Assembly: GCA_963715335.1 (NCBI GenBank)
Contig: CAVQRZ010000028.1
Coordinates: 1 to 64,000, forward strand
DNA: 64,000 nt
Source of the DNA: an uncultured delta proteobacterium
Lineage (GTDB): Bacteria; Desulfobacterota; Desulfuromonadia; Desulfuromonadales; BM103
Reading direction: 5' to 3'
Shown here: positions 37,516 to 50,648 of the stretch, in pieces
Numbering within the stretch: the first letter of the stretch is position 1
How the letters are laid out: each line of letters starts with the position of its first letter
Position numbers and translations under genes: made by a program
Notes under the pieces: generated by a model
What the model saw: only the letters and a program-made list of their open reading frames with translations
Database searches by the model: none
What the model was told of the DNA's origin: nothing

Positions 37516-38283
37516 TTATAGTTTTATCACATATGTGCCTGCAATTTTATCGTGTAACCCCTGCTTCTGGTTGTCGAAAGCGACCATGAGGTAGCCAATG
37601 CCCAGCAGGATGCTTGAGACGAATTTGCCAAGCACCTCACGTTTTACCGCGCGGCCATAGGTGAGAGGGTTGCCGTCCGATTGTACAACCTTGATGCGCA
37701 GGGCCATTTTGCCTGGGGTCTGACCACAGTAGCCGACAAAGAAAACCGCGTAGCCGAGACTTAACGTCGTGCCGAAGAGCCAGACGATGATACTTACTGC
37801 AGGGTCATCGCCGGCAGCGATACCCAGAAATCCGATCGTCAGTGTAATCGTCAGGGTAAGGACAGACTGCACGATAAACAGCAGGAACGTGTCGAGCAGC
37901 GTAGCGACCACACGGACCCAGAAGCCCGCTTTGGGCTGGAATTCCGGTGACTGGTTGACAGCAATGCCGCGTGGCCTGGCACGATTCGCATTGGTCTCAT
38001 CGGCGTTTGGCTCTGCCGGGGCCTGTTCTTTCTGCCGGAGACGATATTTGGCATAGTTGACGCCGCAGCCGTTGCAGTTGTCCTGTTTTGCCTGAGCCAG
38101 GCCGCAAGCCGGACATATGACCTGTGCAGGCTGGGTCGGCCCGGCCGTTTTGCCGGCGCTTTTCGCTTTTTCAAAACTGAATGACGCGGCGCATTTCGGA
38201 CAGTTCACCTTGATCGGACGGTCCGGGACCTGTGCCGGGTCAACAGCCTTTGAAAAACCACATTTGGGACAAGTTATATTCAT
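37516..38283 (-). CDS. Zinc-ribbon + RDD family membrane protein
   Basis: Four CxxC motifs; AGFWVRVVATLLD, GQTPGKMAL, QGLHDKIAGT. Confidence 0.9.
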   Translation of the reverse strand: MNITCPKCGFSKAVDPAQVPDRPIKVNCPKCAASFSFEKAKSAGKTAGPTQPAQVICPACGLAQAKQDNCNGCGVNYAKYRLRQKEQAPAEPNADETNANRARPRGIAVNQSPEFQPKAGFWVRVVATLLDTFLLFIVQSVLTLTITLTIGFLGIAAGDDPAVSIIVWLFGTTLSLGYAVFFVGYCGQTPGKMALRIKVVQSDGNPLTYGRAVKREVLGKFVSSILLGIGYLMVAFDNQKQGLHDKIAGTYVIKL

Positions 38284-38298
38284 TCTTCTGTTAAAGCC

Positions 38299-38326
38299 TT
38301 TTCGCGTTTCTCGCTTCGCGCCTCGT
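38299..38326. repeat. Degenerate heptamer repeats (argF/RDD junction)
   Basis: TTTCGCG TTTCTCG CTTCGCG CCTCG. Confidence 0.55.
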
Positions 38327-38328
38327 TT

Positions 38329-39237
38329 TTAACCCATCAATAACGCCATGATTGCTTTTTGCACATGCAGACGATTCTCGGCTTCATCGTAGATGATCGA
38401 ATGGCGACTCTCCATGACCTCGTCGGTGATTTCTTCATCGCGATGGGCCGGCAGACAATGCATGACAACGCAATCCGGGTTGGCCAGCGCGAGCAACTCC
38501 AGGTTGACCTGGTAGCCGACGAAGGCTTTCTGCCGCTCTGCCTGTTCGGCCTCCTGGCCCATGCTGGCCCACACATCAGTATTCAGCACGTCGGCGCCCC
38601 TGGCAGCCCGTTCCGGGTCGTTGGTGTAGATGATGTTGGCTCCGGCTTCGGCGGCACGTTCCTTGACCATGGCATCGGGCTCGTAGCCTGCCGGTGTCGC
38701 TACACGCAGCTCGAAACCGAACACGGAGGCGGCGTTGATCCAGCTGTTGGCCATGTTGTTGCCGTCGCCGATCCAGCAGTAGGTCAGATCCCGGTAGTTG
38801 CCCTTATGTTCGATAACCGTCAGCAGGTCGGCCAAGATCTGGCAGGGGTGATACATGTCGGTCAGGCCGTTGATCACCGGTACCGAACTGAACTCAGCGT
38901 ACTCTTCGACCGCCTCTTGCGAGTAAGTCCGGATCATCACGCCATCGACATAACGGGCCATACAGCGGGCGGTATCCTTGATCGGTTCGCCGCGGCCCAT
39001 CTGGGTGTTCCCCGCAGCAAGGAAGAGCGCGTGGCCACCGAGATGGTACATGCCGACCTCAAAGGAAACCCGGGTTCGGGTCGAACTCTTCTCAAACAAC
39101 ATGCCGAGAGTCTTGCCGGCCAGCAGGTGATGCGGTTCGCCCGACTGCTGCTTGGCTTTGAGTCCTCTGGCCAGGGCAAAAATCTTTTCCAGCTCTTCAA
39201 CGCTCCAGTCACTGAGACAGAGAAAGTCTTTCTTCAC
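38329..39237 (-). CDS. argF: Ornithine carbamoyltransferase
   Basis: SSTRTR, HPCQ, WASMG, HCLP; probable GTG 39237. Confidence 0.96.
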   Translation of the reverse strand: MKKDFLCLSDWSVEELEKIFALARGLKAKQQSGEPHHLLAGKTLGMLFEKSSTRTRVSFEVGMYHLGGHALFLAAGNTQMGRGEPIKDTARCMARYVDGVMIRTYSQEAVEEYAEFSSVPVINGLTDMYHPCQILADLLTVIEHKGNYRDLTYCWIGDGNNMANSWINAASVFGFELRVATPAGYEPDAMVKERAAEAGANIIYTNDPERAARGADVLNTDVWASMGQEAEQAERQKAFVGYQVNLELLALANPDCVVMHCLPAHRDEEITDEVMESRHSIIYDEAENRLHVQKAIMALLMG

Positions 39238-39268
39238 AATCAACTCCTTGAATCTTTATTGGCCGGCG

Positions 39269-40483
39269 CTAGCCTGCCTGCGTGCCGAGATCAACCGTTG
39301 CCAATACACTATCGAGAATAGTGATGGCCTCGTCGATTTCATCCTTGTTCACGATCAGTGGCGGGACGAAGCGCAAAACATTGCCGACGGTACAATTGAT
39401 CAGTAAACCACGCTCCATGGCGGCAACCACCAGCTTGCCACCTTCGGTCGTTAATTCCATGCCGAGAATCAGCCCTTGCCCACGGATTTCCTTGATGACG
39501 GCGTATCTATCCCTGAGCTGTTCCAGCCTCTCCGCGAGGTATTTCCCCATGGCCCGGCAGTTCTCGAGGACGCCGTCCTCGGCGATTGTCCTGATGGCGG
39601 CAAGGGCTGCGGCACAGACCAGCGGATTGCCACCGAAAGTGGAACCGTGTGTGCCTGGGCCAAGCCGCTCGGCGAGGGTCGCTGTGGTCAGCATGGCCCC
39701 AATCGGCGGGCCGCCGGCCAGTGCTTTTGCCAGGGTCATGATGTCCGGAACAATCCCTTCCTGCTCGTAGGCCCAGAGGGTGCCGGTCCGGCCACAGCCG
39801 ACCTGCACCTCGTCGAAGATCAACAGAAGGTCGAATTCGTTACAGAGGGCATTGACTGCCTTGAGGTAGCCGGGCGGCGGAACGTTGACGCCCCCTTCGC
39901 CCTGGATCGGTTCGAGCATGATGGCGCAGGTCTGCGGCGTCACCACTTCACGTAACGCGTCAATGTTACCGAAAGGAACGTACCTGAATCCCGGGACAAT
40001 GGGGCTAAATCCTGCGCGGACCTTGTCCTGGCCGGTGGCGCTGATGGTGCCGATGGTCCGGCCGTGGAATGACGCCAGTGCCGTGATGATCTCGTGGCGG
40101 TTCTCCCCGAACGCCTCCAGGCTATGTTTACGCGCCAGCTTTATGGCGGCTTCGTTGGCTTCTGCACCCGAGTTGCAGAAGAACACCCGGTCGGCAAAGG
40201 AATGCTTGCAGAGCCAGTCAGCCAGTTCAATCTGCCGGGGGATATGATAGTAGTTGGAGCAATGCAGCAGTCGGGCGGCCTGATCCTGCAGGGCGGTGAC
40301 CACCTTCGGGTGGCAATGGCCGAGGTTGTTGACTGCCACCCCGGCCAGAAAATCGAGATAGACTTTGCCGTCAACATCCCATAGCCGACACCCCTCACCG
40401 CGCTCAGCGACGATCGGGTAGCGACCGTAGGTCTTCATGACGCATTGCTCTGCTTTATCGATCCAGGTTTGTGTAAGATTCAT
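39269..40483 (-). CDS. argD: Acetylornithine aminotransferase
   Basis: NSGAEANE, FHGRT, EPIQGEGG, DEVQ, LAKAL, HGSTFGGNP; arg operon context. Confidence 0.93.
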   Translation of the reverse strand: MNLTQTWIDKAEQCVMKTYGRYPIVAERGEGCRLWDVDGKVYLDFLAGVAVNNLGHCHPKVVTALQDQAARLLHCSNYYHIPRQIELADWLCKHSFADRVFFCNSGAEANEAAIKLARKHSLEAFGENRHEIITALASFHGRTIGTISATGQDKVRAGFSPIVPGFRYVPFGNIDALREVVTPQTCAIMLEPIQGEGGVNVPPPGYLKAVNALCNEFDLLLIFDEVQVGCGRTGTLWAYEQEGIVPDIMTLAKALAGGPPIGAMLTTATLAERLGPGTHGSTFGGNPLVCAAALAAIRTIAEDGVLENCRAMGKYLAERLEQLRDRYAVIKEIRGQGLILGMELTTEGGKLVVAAMERGLLINCTVGNVLRFVPPLIVNKDEIDEAITILDSVLATVDLGTQAG

Positions 40484-40500
40484 AAATGCTCCAAACTCAT

Positions 40501-40557
40501 GTATCCAGCAGTCAGGATCAAGCGTAAAATTCTGAACTCTGAATCCTGAATTCAGGT
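40501..40557. repeat. Heptamer repeats (argB/argD junction)
   Basis: GTATCCA GCAGTCA GGATCAA, then TTCTGAA CTCTGAA TCCTGAA. Confidence 0.65.
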
Positions 40558-40558
40558 G

Positions 40559-42784
<2,226 letters not shown>

Positions 42785-42788
<4 letters not shown>

Positions 42789-43315
42789 GTCAGGGTCTCC
42801 ACAGTAATCTGGTCGTTGGTGTAGACGCAGATCTCGGCTGCGATCTTCAGGGCCTGTTCGGCAATCTCGGCCACCGGCAACTGCGTGTGCGCAACCAGGG
42901 CTCGGGCCGCTGCCTGGGCGAATGCGCCGCCGGAGCCGATCGCCGCGATGCCGTGCTCCGGTTCGATGACGTCACCGACTCCGGAGAGCACCAGGGTCGT
43001 CTCGCGATCGGCCACGATAAGCAGGGCTTCGAGGTGGCGGAGGATGCGGTCGGTCCGCCAGTCCTTGGCCAACTCGACGGCAGCTCTCTGCAGGTTGCCG
43101 CGGTATTCCTGGAGTTTGGCGTCAAACTTCTCAAACAGGGTAAATGCATCGGCTGTACTGCCGGCAAAACCGGCGATGACCTGGTCGTCGTACATGCGAC
43201 GCAGCTTCCTGGCGGTGTGTTTCATGACTGTATTGCCAAGGCTGACCTGGCCGTCGCCGGCCATGGCCACTTCGGCGCCGCGGCGTATGCAGAGAATCGT
43301 TGTTCCCTTGAACAT
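42785..43315 (-). CDS. hslV: ATP-dependent protease peptidase subunit HslV
   Basis: [30 protein letters not shown]; probable ATG 43315. Confidence 0.97.
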
Positions 43316-43548
43316 TATAACCTCGCTCTGAATCGTCCCGTAATTCAGCGAAAAATATTGCAAATATAACATAACCGTACGGGCAGGCAAAATAAAATGC
43401 CCCCAGCCGGCAAAGATGTCAAGACCCTAATTTTACTGAAAAAGTTGGCGGGTTAACCGATCTGTCAGCGCGCATTCCCGATGTGCCAGTAGGCAGGGCC
43501 GGTTTCGCTGGCGGGAGACTGCCGGTTTGTCGTGAAGCAGTGCCTCTG

Positions 43549-44700
43549 TCAGGCTGTTGATGGCAGTGCAGAAATCGAAAGGCGCGGAAGCCGGATCATC
43601 ACGGAAGTCCCCTGGCCGAGTGTGCTGTCAAGGCTGATTTTGCCGCCATGATCTTTGACAAACTGGTTGGCATAGAACATCCCCAGCCCGAAGCCGCGGA
43701 TCTGCCCGGTGTTGTTCGGGTCGACCTGGTAAAATTTTTCGAAGATCTTGCCCAGCTCTTTCGGGGCGATCCCAGGACCGTTGTCAGAGATGGTCAGTGA
43801 AATTTCCCGTTCACCAAGCTCTCCCGACAAGGTTATCTCTCCACCCGGCTGCGTGAACTTGATGGCATTGTCCAGAATTGCATCGAGGGCAAACTCGATC
43901 CGCCGTCGGTCAACGGTCACGATCGGCCAGTCGCCCTCCAGTTTGGTGTGCAATACCTGCCTGTTCTGTTCGAGGGTATGGCGTTTTCCGGTAACGACCT
44001 TGGTCGCTATTTCCTTGAGGTCCTCGCGGGAGGTTTTGCGCTCACTGTCCTGCAAGATGATATCGCTGTAGTAAAGCAGGTCCTGGATCAGGTAGGCCAG
44101 GTACTCAGACTCCTTGCGGATTGCCTCGACTGCGGAGGCAAAGCCGGGATCCTCGAGGGTGAAAATCCCGCTGGCCAGGTTCTGGATGAATAGTGAGATT
44201 GAGGTTGTCGGAGTCCGTAGCTTGTGTGAGATCAGGCCGAGGAAGTCAGACTTGAGCCGGTCCAGCTGCTTGAGTTGCATCAGCTCACGGCGCAAAGCCT
44301 TTTTTTCCAGGGCCTGCGCTATAGTGGTCTTCAGCTGGAGGAGGTTGATCGGTTTCTGAATGAAGTCGTCGGCGTGGGCCTTGAGGGCGCGCAGGATAAT
44401 GTCTTTGTCGGCGTAACCGGTCATGACGATGACCAGCTGCTCGGCATCCTTGTCCTTGATCTGCTGCAGGAGGTCAAGGCCGTTCATTACCGGCATCATG
44501 ACGTCGACCAGCAAGAGGTCCACGGGCCTTTCGCTGAGAATGCTTAAAGCCTCTCTGCCATTATCGGCTTCGAGGATATGGTAGTCCTTCAATGCTCGGG
44601 CGCAGAGGTCGCGGATGATCTCCTCGTCGTCGACGACGAGGATGGTCAACTTCTCCCCTTCCTGCAGGAGTTGTGGCTCTTTGCGCGTTTCGAGTCGCAT
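43549..44700 (-). CDS. Receiver + histidine kinase hybrid
   Basis: LVVDDE, DVMMP, QKP; SHKLRTP H-box; NAIKF, DNGPGI, GFGLG. Confidence 0.9.
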   Translation of the reverse strand: MRLETRKEPQLLQEGEKLTILVVDDEEIIRDLCARALKDYHILEADNGREALSILSERPVDLLLVDVMMPVMNGLDLLQQIKDKDAEQLVIVMTGYADKDIILRALKAHADDFIQKPINLLQLKTTIAQALEKKALRRELMQLKQLDRLKSDFLGLISHKLRTPTTSISLFIQNLASGIFTLEDPGFASAVEAIRKESEYLAYLIQDLLYYSDIILQDSERKTSREDLKEIATKVVTGKRHTLEQNRQVLHTKLEGDWPIVTVDRRRIEFALDAILDNAIKFTQPGGEITLSGELGEREISLTISDNGPGIAPKELGKIFEKFYQVDPNNTGQIRGFGLGMFYANQFVKDHGGKISLDSTLGQGTSVMIRLPRLSISALPSTA

Positions 44701-44739
44701 CGTATCCCCGAGAAAAGTTACCCTCTTATCGATCTGTGC

Positions 44740-47385
44740 TCAGCCGCACAGCGCGCTGCGAACCAGGGTGCCGGCGAGTTCCAGTGCTGCGGATAATCTG
44801 TTTGGCCGGCTGCCGCCCGCCTGGGCCAGGTCCGGACGACCACCCCCCTTGCCACCGACTTCTGCCGCCATGGCCCCGACCAGCTTACCCGCATGCAGCT
44901 TGTTCGTCAAATCGTTGGTGACGGCGACGAGCAGGTTGACCTTGCCTTCAAATGGACAGCCTATGGCAACGACCCCCGATCCGAGCTTGTCGCGTAGCTT
45001 GTCTGCCATATCTCTAAGGCCCTTGCCGTCAGTTGGGTCCACTTCGGCAGCCAGCAGCCGCACACCGCCAATCTCCTGGACATTGCTCATGATGTCGTCT
45101 GCCTGGCCGGCCTTCAGGCGGCTCTCAAGTTTGACCAGTTCTCTTTCCATTTCTTTCTGGCGTTCGAGCATCTTGACCAGGCGGGTTTCCAGCTGCTGAG
45201 GGTCGCTTTTAACCAGGTCAGCCAGCCTCTGCAGAATCTTCTCCTGGCGGTGGACCTGGGCTATCGCCCCATCGCCGGTGGCCGCTTCGATCCGCCGAAC
45301 TCCGGCAGCGATGCCTCCTTCGGAGAGAATGCGGAACAGGCCAATATCCCCTGCGGCATTGGCGTGAGTGCCGCCGCACAGCTCCATGCTGTAATCGCCA
45401 ACGCTGATGACTCGAACTTCATCCCCGTACTTTTCACCGAACAGCGCCATGGCCCCGGCCGCCTGGGCCTGGTCGGCGGCCATCACCCGCGATTCAACTG
45501 TCGCGTTGACGCGGATCTGGGCGTTGACTTCCTCTTCGATTTGCATAAGCTCTGCTGTGGTGACCGGCGAGAAATGGGTGAAGTCGAAACGCAGCCGTTC
45601 CGGCTCGACCAGCGAGCCCGCCTGCTTGATGTGGTCGCCGAGGATTTTCTGCATGGCGGCCTGCAGGAGGTGAGTCGCGGTGTGGTTGAGGACGATCCTT
45701 TGCCGGCGCGCAGCATCAACCTTGATCGTTGCTGTGGCCCCCTTCTTGAGCGCTCCGGTGACGACTTCGCAGAGATGAACGTGCAGGGCTTCGAGCGGTT
45801 TCCTGGTGTTGATGATGCGCAGGCTGGCTTCAGGTGTTGAGATTTCACCGGTATCGCCGACCTGGCCGCCTGACTCTCCGTAACAGGGGGTGGTGGATGT
45901 GACCACTTCGACGGTTTCACCGCAGAGTGCTTCTTCGATCTGTATGCCATCCCTGATCAGCGACAGGACTTTACCGGTATCTTCGGTTTTTTCGTAACCA
46001 CTGAATGTTGACCTGACGCCCTGGTCGACCAGTTGTTTATAAATGGCCGAAACGGCTTCCTCCCCTGAGCCCTTCCAATGTTCACGGGCCTTGGTGCGCT
46101 GGGCTTCCATGCAGATTTCAAAGCCGGCTTCATCGAGGCTGTAGCCGTCCTTTTCAACAATGTCGGCGGTCAGGTCGACCGGAAAACCATAGGTGTCGTA
46201 CAACTTGAAGACGGTTTTCCCTGGAATAACGGTCTGTCCGGCTTTTCTCAGTTGGGCGACCTCGTCCTGCAGAATGCGCAGGCCGTTGCCAAGGGTGGCA
46301 ATAAAACGTTCTTCCTCGTTCTGTACAACCTTGGCGACAAAGTCCTTGCGTCCCGCCTCCGTCGGATAGGCACCGACCATGAACTCGAGGACAAAACTGG
46401 CGGTTTTGAACAGCACCGGACCTTCGAACCCGAGCATCTTGGCGTGGCGCATCGCCCTGCGCATGATCCGTCGCAGCACGTAGCCACGCCCCTCATTGGA
46501 AGGGAGGATGCCGTCGGCGATCAGGTAAGCCATGGCGCGGCTGTGATCGGCCATGACCCGCATCGAAACGTCGTCTTCGGTGTGGTCGCCGTAGCGTTTG
46601 GCGGACAACTTTTCGATGTAGCCAATGATGTCGCGCAGGAGGTCGGTGTCGTAGTTTGATTGGACGCCCTGGATAACCGTACAGAGACGTTCCAGGCCCA
46701 TGCCGGTATCGACCGCGGGCTTGGGCAGAGGAACCAGTTCGCCGTCCGGTTGGCGGTTGAACTGCATGAAGACGTTGTTCCAGATTTCCATGTAGCGGTC
46801 ACAGTCGCAGCCGACCGCGCAGTCCGGTGAGCCGCAGCCGATTTCCTCGCCGTTGTCATAAAAAATTTCCGAACAGGGTCCGCAGGGGCCGGTATCTCCC
46901 ATCGCCCAGAAGTTGTCTTCTTCGAAACGGAAGATGCGTTCACGGGGAACCCCTTCCTGCTCGTGCCAGATCTCCGCGGCCTCATCGTCATCGGTGTAGA
47001 CCGAGACGTAGAGGCGGGTCTTGTCAATGCCGAGATTAACCGTCAGGAACTCCCAGGCATAGGCGATCGCCTCTTTTTTGAAGTAATCACCAAAGGAGAA
47101 GTTGCCGAGCATTTCAAAGAAGGTATGGTGTCGGGCGGTCCGACCGACATTCTCCAGGTCATTGTGCTTGCCGCCGGCGCGAACACATTTCTGTGAAGTT
47201 GTCGCACGGACGTAGTCGCGCTTTTCCGCTCCGAGGAAACAATCCTTGAACTGGTTCATCCCCGCGTTGGTAAAGAGCAGGGTCGGGTCATTGTGCGGGA
47301 CGAGAGAAGAAGACTCGACCACCGTGTGGCCGCGTTCTTCAAAATATTTCAGAAACAGTTGACGTATTTCACTACCGGTCTTCAT
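44740..47385 (-). CDS. alaS: Alanine--tRNA ligase
   Basis: [53 protein letters not shown]. Confidence 0.98.
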   Translation of the reverse strand: MKTGSEIRQLFLKYFEERGHTVVESSSLVPHNDPTLLFTNAGMNQFKDCFLGAEKRDYVRATTSQKCVRAGGKHNDLENVGRTARHHTFFEMLGNFSFGDYFKKEAIAYAWEFLTVNLGIDKTRLYVSVYTDDDEAAEIWHEQEGVPRERIFRFEEDNFWAMGDTGPCGPCSEIFYDNGEEIGCGSPDCAVGCDCDRYMEIWNNVFMQFNRQPDGELVPLPKPAVDTGMGLERLCTVIQGVQSNYDTDLLRDIIGYIEKLSAKRYGDHTEDDVSMRVMADHSRAMAYLIADGILPSNEGRGYVLRRIMRRAMRHAKMLGFEGPVLFKTASFVLEFMVGAYPTEAGRKDFVAKVVQNEEERFIATLGNGLRILQDEVAQLRKAGQTVIPGKTVFKLYDTYGFPVDLTADIVEKDGYSLDEAGFEICMEAQRTKAREHWKGSGEEAVSAIYKQLVDQGVRSTFSGYEKTEDTGKVLSLIRDGIQIEEALCGETVEVVTSTTPCYGESGGQVGDTGEISTPEASLRIINTRKPLEALHVHLCEVVTGALKKGATATIKVDAARRQRIVLNHTATHLLQAAMQKILGDHIKQAGSLVEPERLRFDFTHFSPVTTAELMQIEEEVNAQIRVNATVESRVMAADQAQAAGAMALFGEKYGDEVRVISVGDYSMELCGGTHANAAGDIGLFRILSEGGIAAGVRRIEAATGDGAIAQVHRQEKILQRLADLVKSDPQQLETRLVKMLERQKEMERELVKLESRLKAGQADDIMSNVQEIGGVRLLAAEVDPTDGKGLRDMADKLRDKLGSGVVAIGCPFEGKVNLLVAVTNDLTNKLHAGKLVGAMAAEVGGKGGGRPDLAQAGGSRPNRLSAALELAGTLVRSALCG

Positions 47386-47878
47386 TGTCCGAGGCAATAC
47401 CTTTCCGTGTCAGTTGGTCCATGATGCGGCCGATTGCGAACCCGCGTCGCTGGAGAAAATTTACGATCCGGCGCTTTTCCCTGGCCGGGGCCGTGTCGTA
47501 GCTGAACCCCGGAAACCTCCGGGTCAGCAGGTCTGAGAGCAGGGCCTCTTCGTCACAGGCCTCGCGAGCGGCCGCCAACGCCTGTTCGGCAAGCTCTGCA
47601 CTGACGCCGCGTTGCCGCAGGTCTGCCAGGATCCGGTGGCCGACCGCGCGACCATGACTCATCAGGCTGGTCGCCCGGGCCAAAGCGTAGCGTGCGTCGT
47701 CGAGGTAGCCGAGGTCGATGCAACGCTGCAGGGTTGTATCTATTTGTTCAGGATCAAACCCCTTGTCGGCCAGTCGCTTCCGTAGTTCGGCCTGACTGTA
47801 GTCACGACGGGTTAATATCCGCAGGGCCTCTGGCCAGGGATTGTCCTGGTTCGTTTTTGACTCAGGTTTTTTTCTCAC
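47372..47878 (-). CDS. recX: Regulatory protein RecX
   Basis: [35 protein letters not shown]; start uncertain (GTG 47878 or upstream). Confidence 0.9.
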   Translation of the reverse strand: MRKKPESKTNQDNPWPEALRILTRRDYSQAELRKRLADKGFDPEQIDTTLQRCIDLGYLDDARYALARATSLMSHGRAVGHRILADLRQRGVSAELAEQALAAAREACDEEALLSDLLTRRFPGFSYDTAPAREKRRIVNFLQRRGFAIGRIMDQLTRKGIASDNEDR

Positions 47879-48995
47879 CTTCGTTATCGGTGCCACCGAA
47901 GGCATCCCAGGAAAGATCTGAAGTTGACGAGACACCGGAGACCTTGAGCTTGAAGTCGTCCGGGTTGGAACACTGGCGCAGAGCTTCCTCGAAGCTGATG
48001 AGCTTTTGTTTGAGCAGGCTCATCAGGGACTGGTCGAAAGTCTGCATGCCGTAGGACTCGTAGCCTTGCTGGATCGCATCCGGTAACTGTTTGGTCAGCT
48101 CCTTGTCATCAATCATCTGGCGGACGCGGGCCGAAGCAACCATGACTTCGACCGCCGGGACGCGGCCCTTGCCATCAAGTTTCGGAACCAGGCGCATGGA
48201 AATAACTCCGCGCAGAACGGCGGCGAGCTGGATGCGCATCTGTCGCTGCTGGTGTGGCGGGAAGACCGAGATGATACGGTTGACGGTTTCCGTTGCGTCA
48301 ATTGTATGCAGAGTTGAAAGGACCAGATGCCCGGTTTCGGCGGCGGTCAGTGCCGTTTCGATGGTTTCATGGTCACGCATCTCGCCGACCAGAATGACGT
48401 CGGGGTCCTGACGCAAGGCCGATTTCAGGGCCTGCTGGAAGCCTTCAGTGTCGGAGCCGACTTCGCGCTGGTTGATGATACTTTTCTTGTCGCGATGCAG
48501 GAACTCGATCGGGTCCTCAATCGTGACAATATGTGATTTGCGGTTGGCGTTGATATAGTCGACGATTGCTGCGAGGGTCGTCGACTTGCCGGAACCCGTG
48601 GCTCCGGTGACGAGAATCAGGCCGCGGTTGGCCATGGCCATCTTCTTGATGACAGGCGGCAGGAGCAGGCCTTCGAGACCTTTGATGTCAAACGGGATGG
48701 CGCGAAATACCAGTGAAACCGAACCGCGTTGGGTAAACGCGTTGACGCGGAAACGGCCCAAACCGGGAACCCCGTAGGCCAGGTCGACCTCACAGGATTT
48801 CTCAAAACGTTCCCTCTGCAGATCATTCATGATTCCCTCAGTGATCTGCTCGGTCTGCTCGGGTGAAATCCTCGGTGCTTTCGGCAGGGGCCTGAGGGTG
48901 CCGTCAATCCGATAGATTGGCGGCAAACCGACCTTGAGATGAATGTCGGAGGCCCCGGATTTCAGTCCAATGGCCAGGATTTCATTGAGGTCCAT
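47862..48995 (-). CDS. pilT: Type IV pilus retraction ATPase PilT family
   Basis: ASDIHL, GATGSGKST, TIEDPIE, LRQDPDVILVGEMRD, AETGHLV, GMQTFDQ. Confidence 0.93.
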   Translation of the reverse strand: MDLNEILAIGLKSGASDIHLKVGLPPIYRIDGTLRPLPKAPRISPEQTEQITEGIMNDLQRERFEKSCEVDLAYGVPGLGRFRVNAFTQRGSVSLVFRAIPFDIKGLEGLLLPPVIKKMAMANRGLILVTGATGSGKSTTLAAIVDYINANRKSHIVTIEDPIEFLHRDKKSIINQREVGSDTEGFQQALKSALRQDPDVILVGEMRDHETIETALTAAETGHLVLSTLHTIDATETVNRIISVFPPHQQRQMRIQLAAVLRGVISMRLVPKLDGKGRVPAVEVMVASARVRQMIDDKELTKQLPDAIQQGYESYGMQTFDQSLMSLLKQKLISFEEALRQCSNPDDFKLKVSGVSSTSDLSWDAFGGTDNEGEKKT

Positions 48996-48998
48996 GAA

Positions 48999-50021
48999 TT
49001 ATTCTCCTTCAGGCCGTTTGCCTGGGGATTTAAGGCCGTAATGTGCGAGAACTCTGGTTTCGATTGCAGCGGCTGTTTCCGGGTGCTCCACCAGGAACTG
49101 CTTGGCATTCTCGCGCCCTTGCCCGATCCGCTCCTCGCCATAGGAGAACCAGGAGCCGCTTTTTTCGACGATGTTGCATTCAACGCCGAGGTCGACCAGG
49201 TCTCCTTCCCGGGAGATACCGGTGCCGTACATGATGTCGAATTCGGCTTCTTTGAAGGGCGGGGCAACCTTGTTCTTGACAACCTTGACCCGAGTGCGGT
49301 TGCCGATCGCATCCTGCCCCTGTTTGAGAGAGGCAATCCTGCGGATGTCCATGCGTACGGAAGCGTAAAATTTCAGGGCGTTGCCACCCGTTGTGGTTTC
49401 GGGGTTGCCGAACATGACGCCGATCTTCATACGGATCTGGTTGATGAAAATCACGCAACAGTTCGATTTGCTGATTGTCGCGGTCAGTTTGCGCAGGGCC
49501 TGTGACATCAGGCGGGCCTGCAGGCCCATGTGGGAGTCACCCATTTCGCCTTCGATTTCTGCTCTAGGAACCAGGGCTGCAACCGAGTCGATCACCAAAA
49601 CGTCGATCGCCCCGCTGCGGACCAGGACTTCGACTATTTCGAGGGCCTGCTCGCCGGTGTCGGGCTGAGAGATCAGCAGCTCATCGGTGTTGACGCCGAG
49701 TTTCTTGGCGTAGTGCACATCCAGGGCGTGCTCGGCGTCGATGAAGGCTGCTACCCCTCCGACCTTTTGGGCTTCCGCTGCAATGTGCAGGGCAAGGGTG
49801 GTCTTGCCGGAAGATTCGGGACCGTAGATCTCGATAATCCGGCCGCGCGGCACACCACCGATGCCCAGGGCGATGTTCAGGCTCAGGGCACCGGTCGAAA
49901 TAGATTTGACATCCGGCAGAACGGCGTCCTCGCCGAGGCGCATGATGCTGCCTTTACCGAACTGTTTTTCAATCTGGCCCATGGCCAGTTCAATAGCTCT
50001 GTTGCGATCACTCTCTGCCAT
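48999..50021 (-). CDS. recA: Recombinase RecA
   Basis: [35 protein letters not shown] 50021 with RBS GGAGG. Confidence 0.98.
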   Translation of the reverse strand: MAESDRNRAIELAMGQIEKQFGKGSIMRLGEDAVLPDVKSISTGALSLNIALGIGGVPRGRIIEIYGPESSGKTTLALHIAAEAQKVGGVAAFIDAEHALDVHYAKKLGVNTDELLISQPDTGEQALEIVEVLVRSGAIDVLVIDSVAALVPRAEIEGEMGDSHMGLQARLMSQALRKLTATISKSNCCVIFINQIRMKIGVMFGNPETTTGGNALKFYASVRMDIRRIASLKQGQDAIGNRTRVKVVKNKVAPPFKEAEFDIMYGTGISREGDLVDLGVECNIVEKSGSWFSYGEERIGQGRENAKQFLVEHPETAAAIETRVLAHYGLKSPGKRPEGE

Positions 50022-50060
50022 TACTTTCCCTCCTCGCAGGGCGAATGCCCACATTGAAAT

Positions 50061-50648
50061 TTATGGATGTTCCAGGAAGTCATCAGTCTCATTGGTCAAG
50101 CCTATCGTAAATAATGGGATATGTTCAGCACCGCCGGGTCTGAGCCGGCTTTCATACAGGACCAGCCTGTCGACCGGGAGATGCCCGATCAGTCGATCTT
50201 CGAGTTCACCACCCACGGCGATCAGTTCCTTTGTCCGCTGCCTGGCCCTGCCAATCGTCAAGTGCGCAGAATACGGTACGGTGTCTGTGACAAGACCCGC
50301 TTCCCGCAAAGCCCTCTGACAATCTCGGTGCAGTTGTCCAAGCTGATCCTGCGGATTCAGACCTAGCCAGAGGACCCTGGGGCGTCGCAGATCAGGGAAG
50401 GCCCCCAACCCGACCACATCGACCTGGAAGGGGCGATGGCAGCGCTTAACGGATAGCATAGAAACCCTGATCTTTTCAAGGTTTTCCTGCGTGGTTTCAC
50501 CGAAGAAATGCAAGGTCAGATGAAGGTTCTCCGGTCGGCTCCAGCGGATGTCACGAATCCGGGTCTTGAGGTTGCTCTGCAGCGAGTGGATGGCCCCCTG
50601 CAGTTCTGCTGTGATCGGCACACCCAGAAAGGCTCTAACCGAGGACAT
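50061..50648 (-). CDS. thpR: RNA 2',3'-cyclic phosphodiesterase
   Basis: Two HxT motifs (HLTL, HLTI), GAFP..PRVLW; cinA-recA context. Confidence 0.9.
   Translation of the reverse strand: MSSVRAFLGVPITAELQGAIHSLQSNLKTRIRDIRWSRPENLHLTLHFFGETTQENLEKIRVSMLSVKRCHRPFQVDVVGLGAFPDLRRPRVLWLGLNPQDQLGQLHRDCQRALREAGLVTDTVPYSAHLTIGRARQRTKELIAVGGELEDRLIGHLPVDRLVLYESRLRPGGAEHIPLFTIGLTNETDDFLEHP

Noticed and set aside
50022..50060. LexA box upstream of recA
   Set aside because: No convincing dyad in the 39-nt gap; recA appears operon-internal
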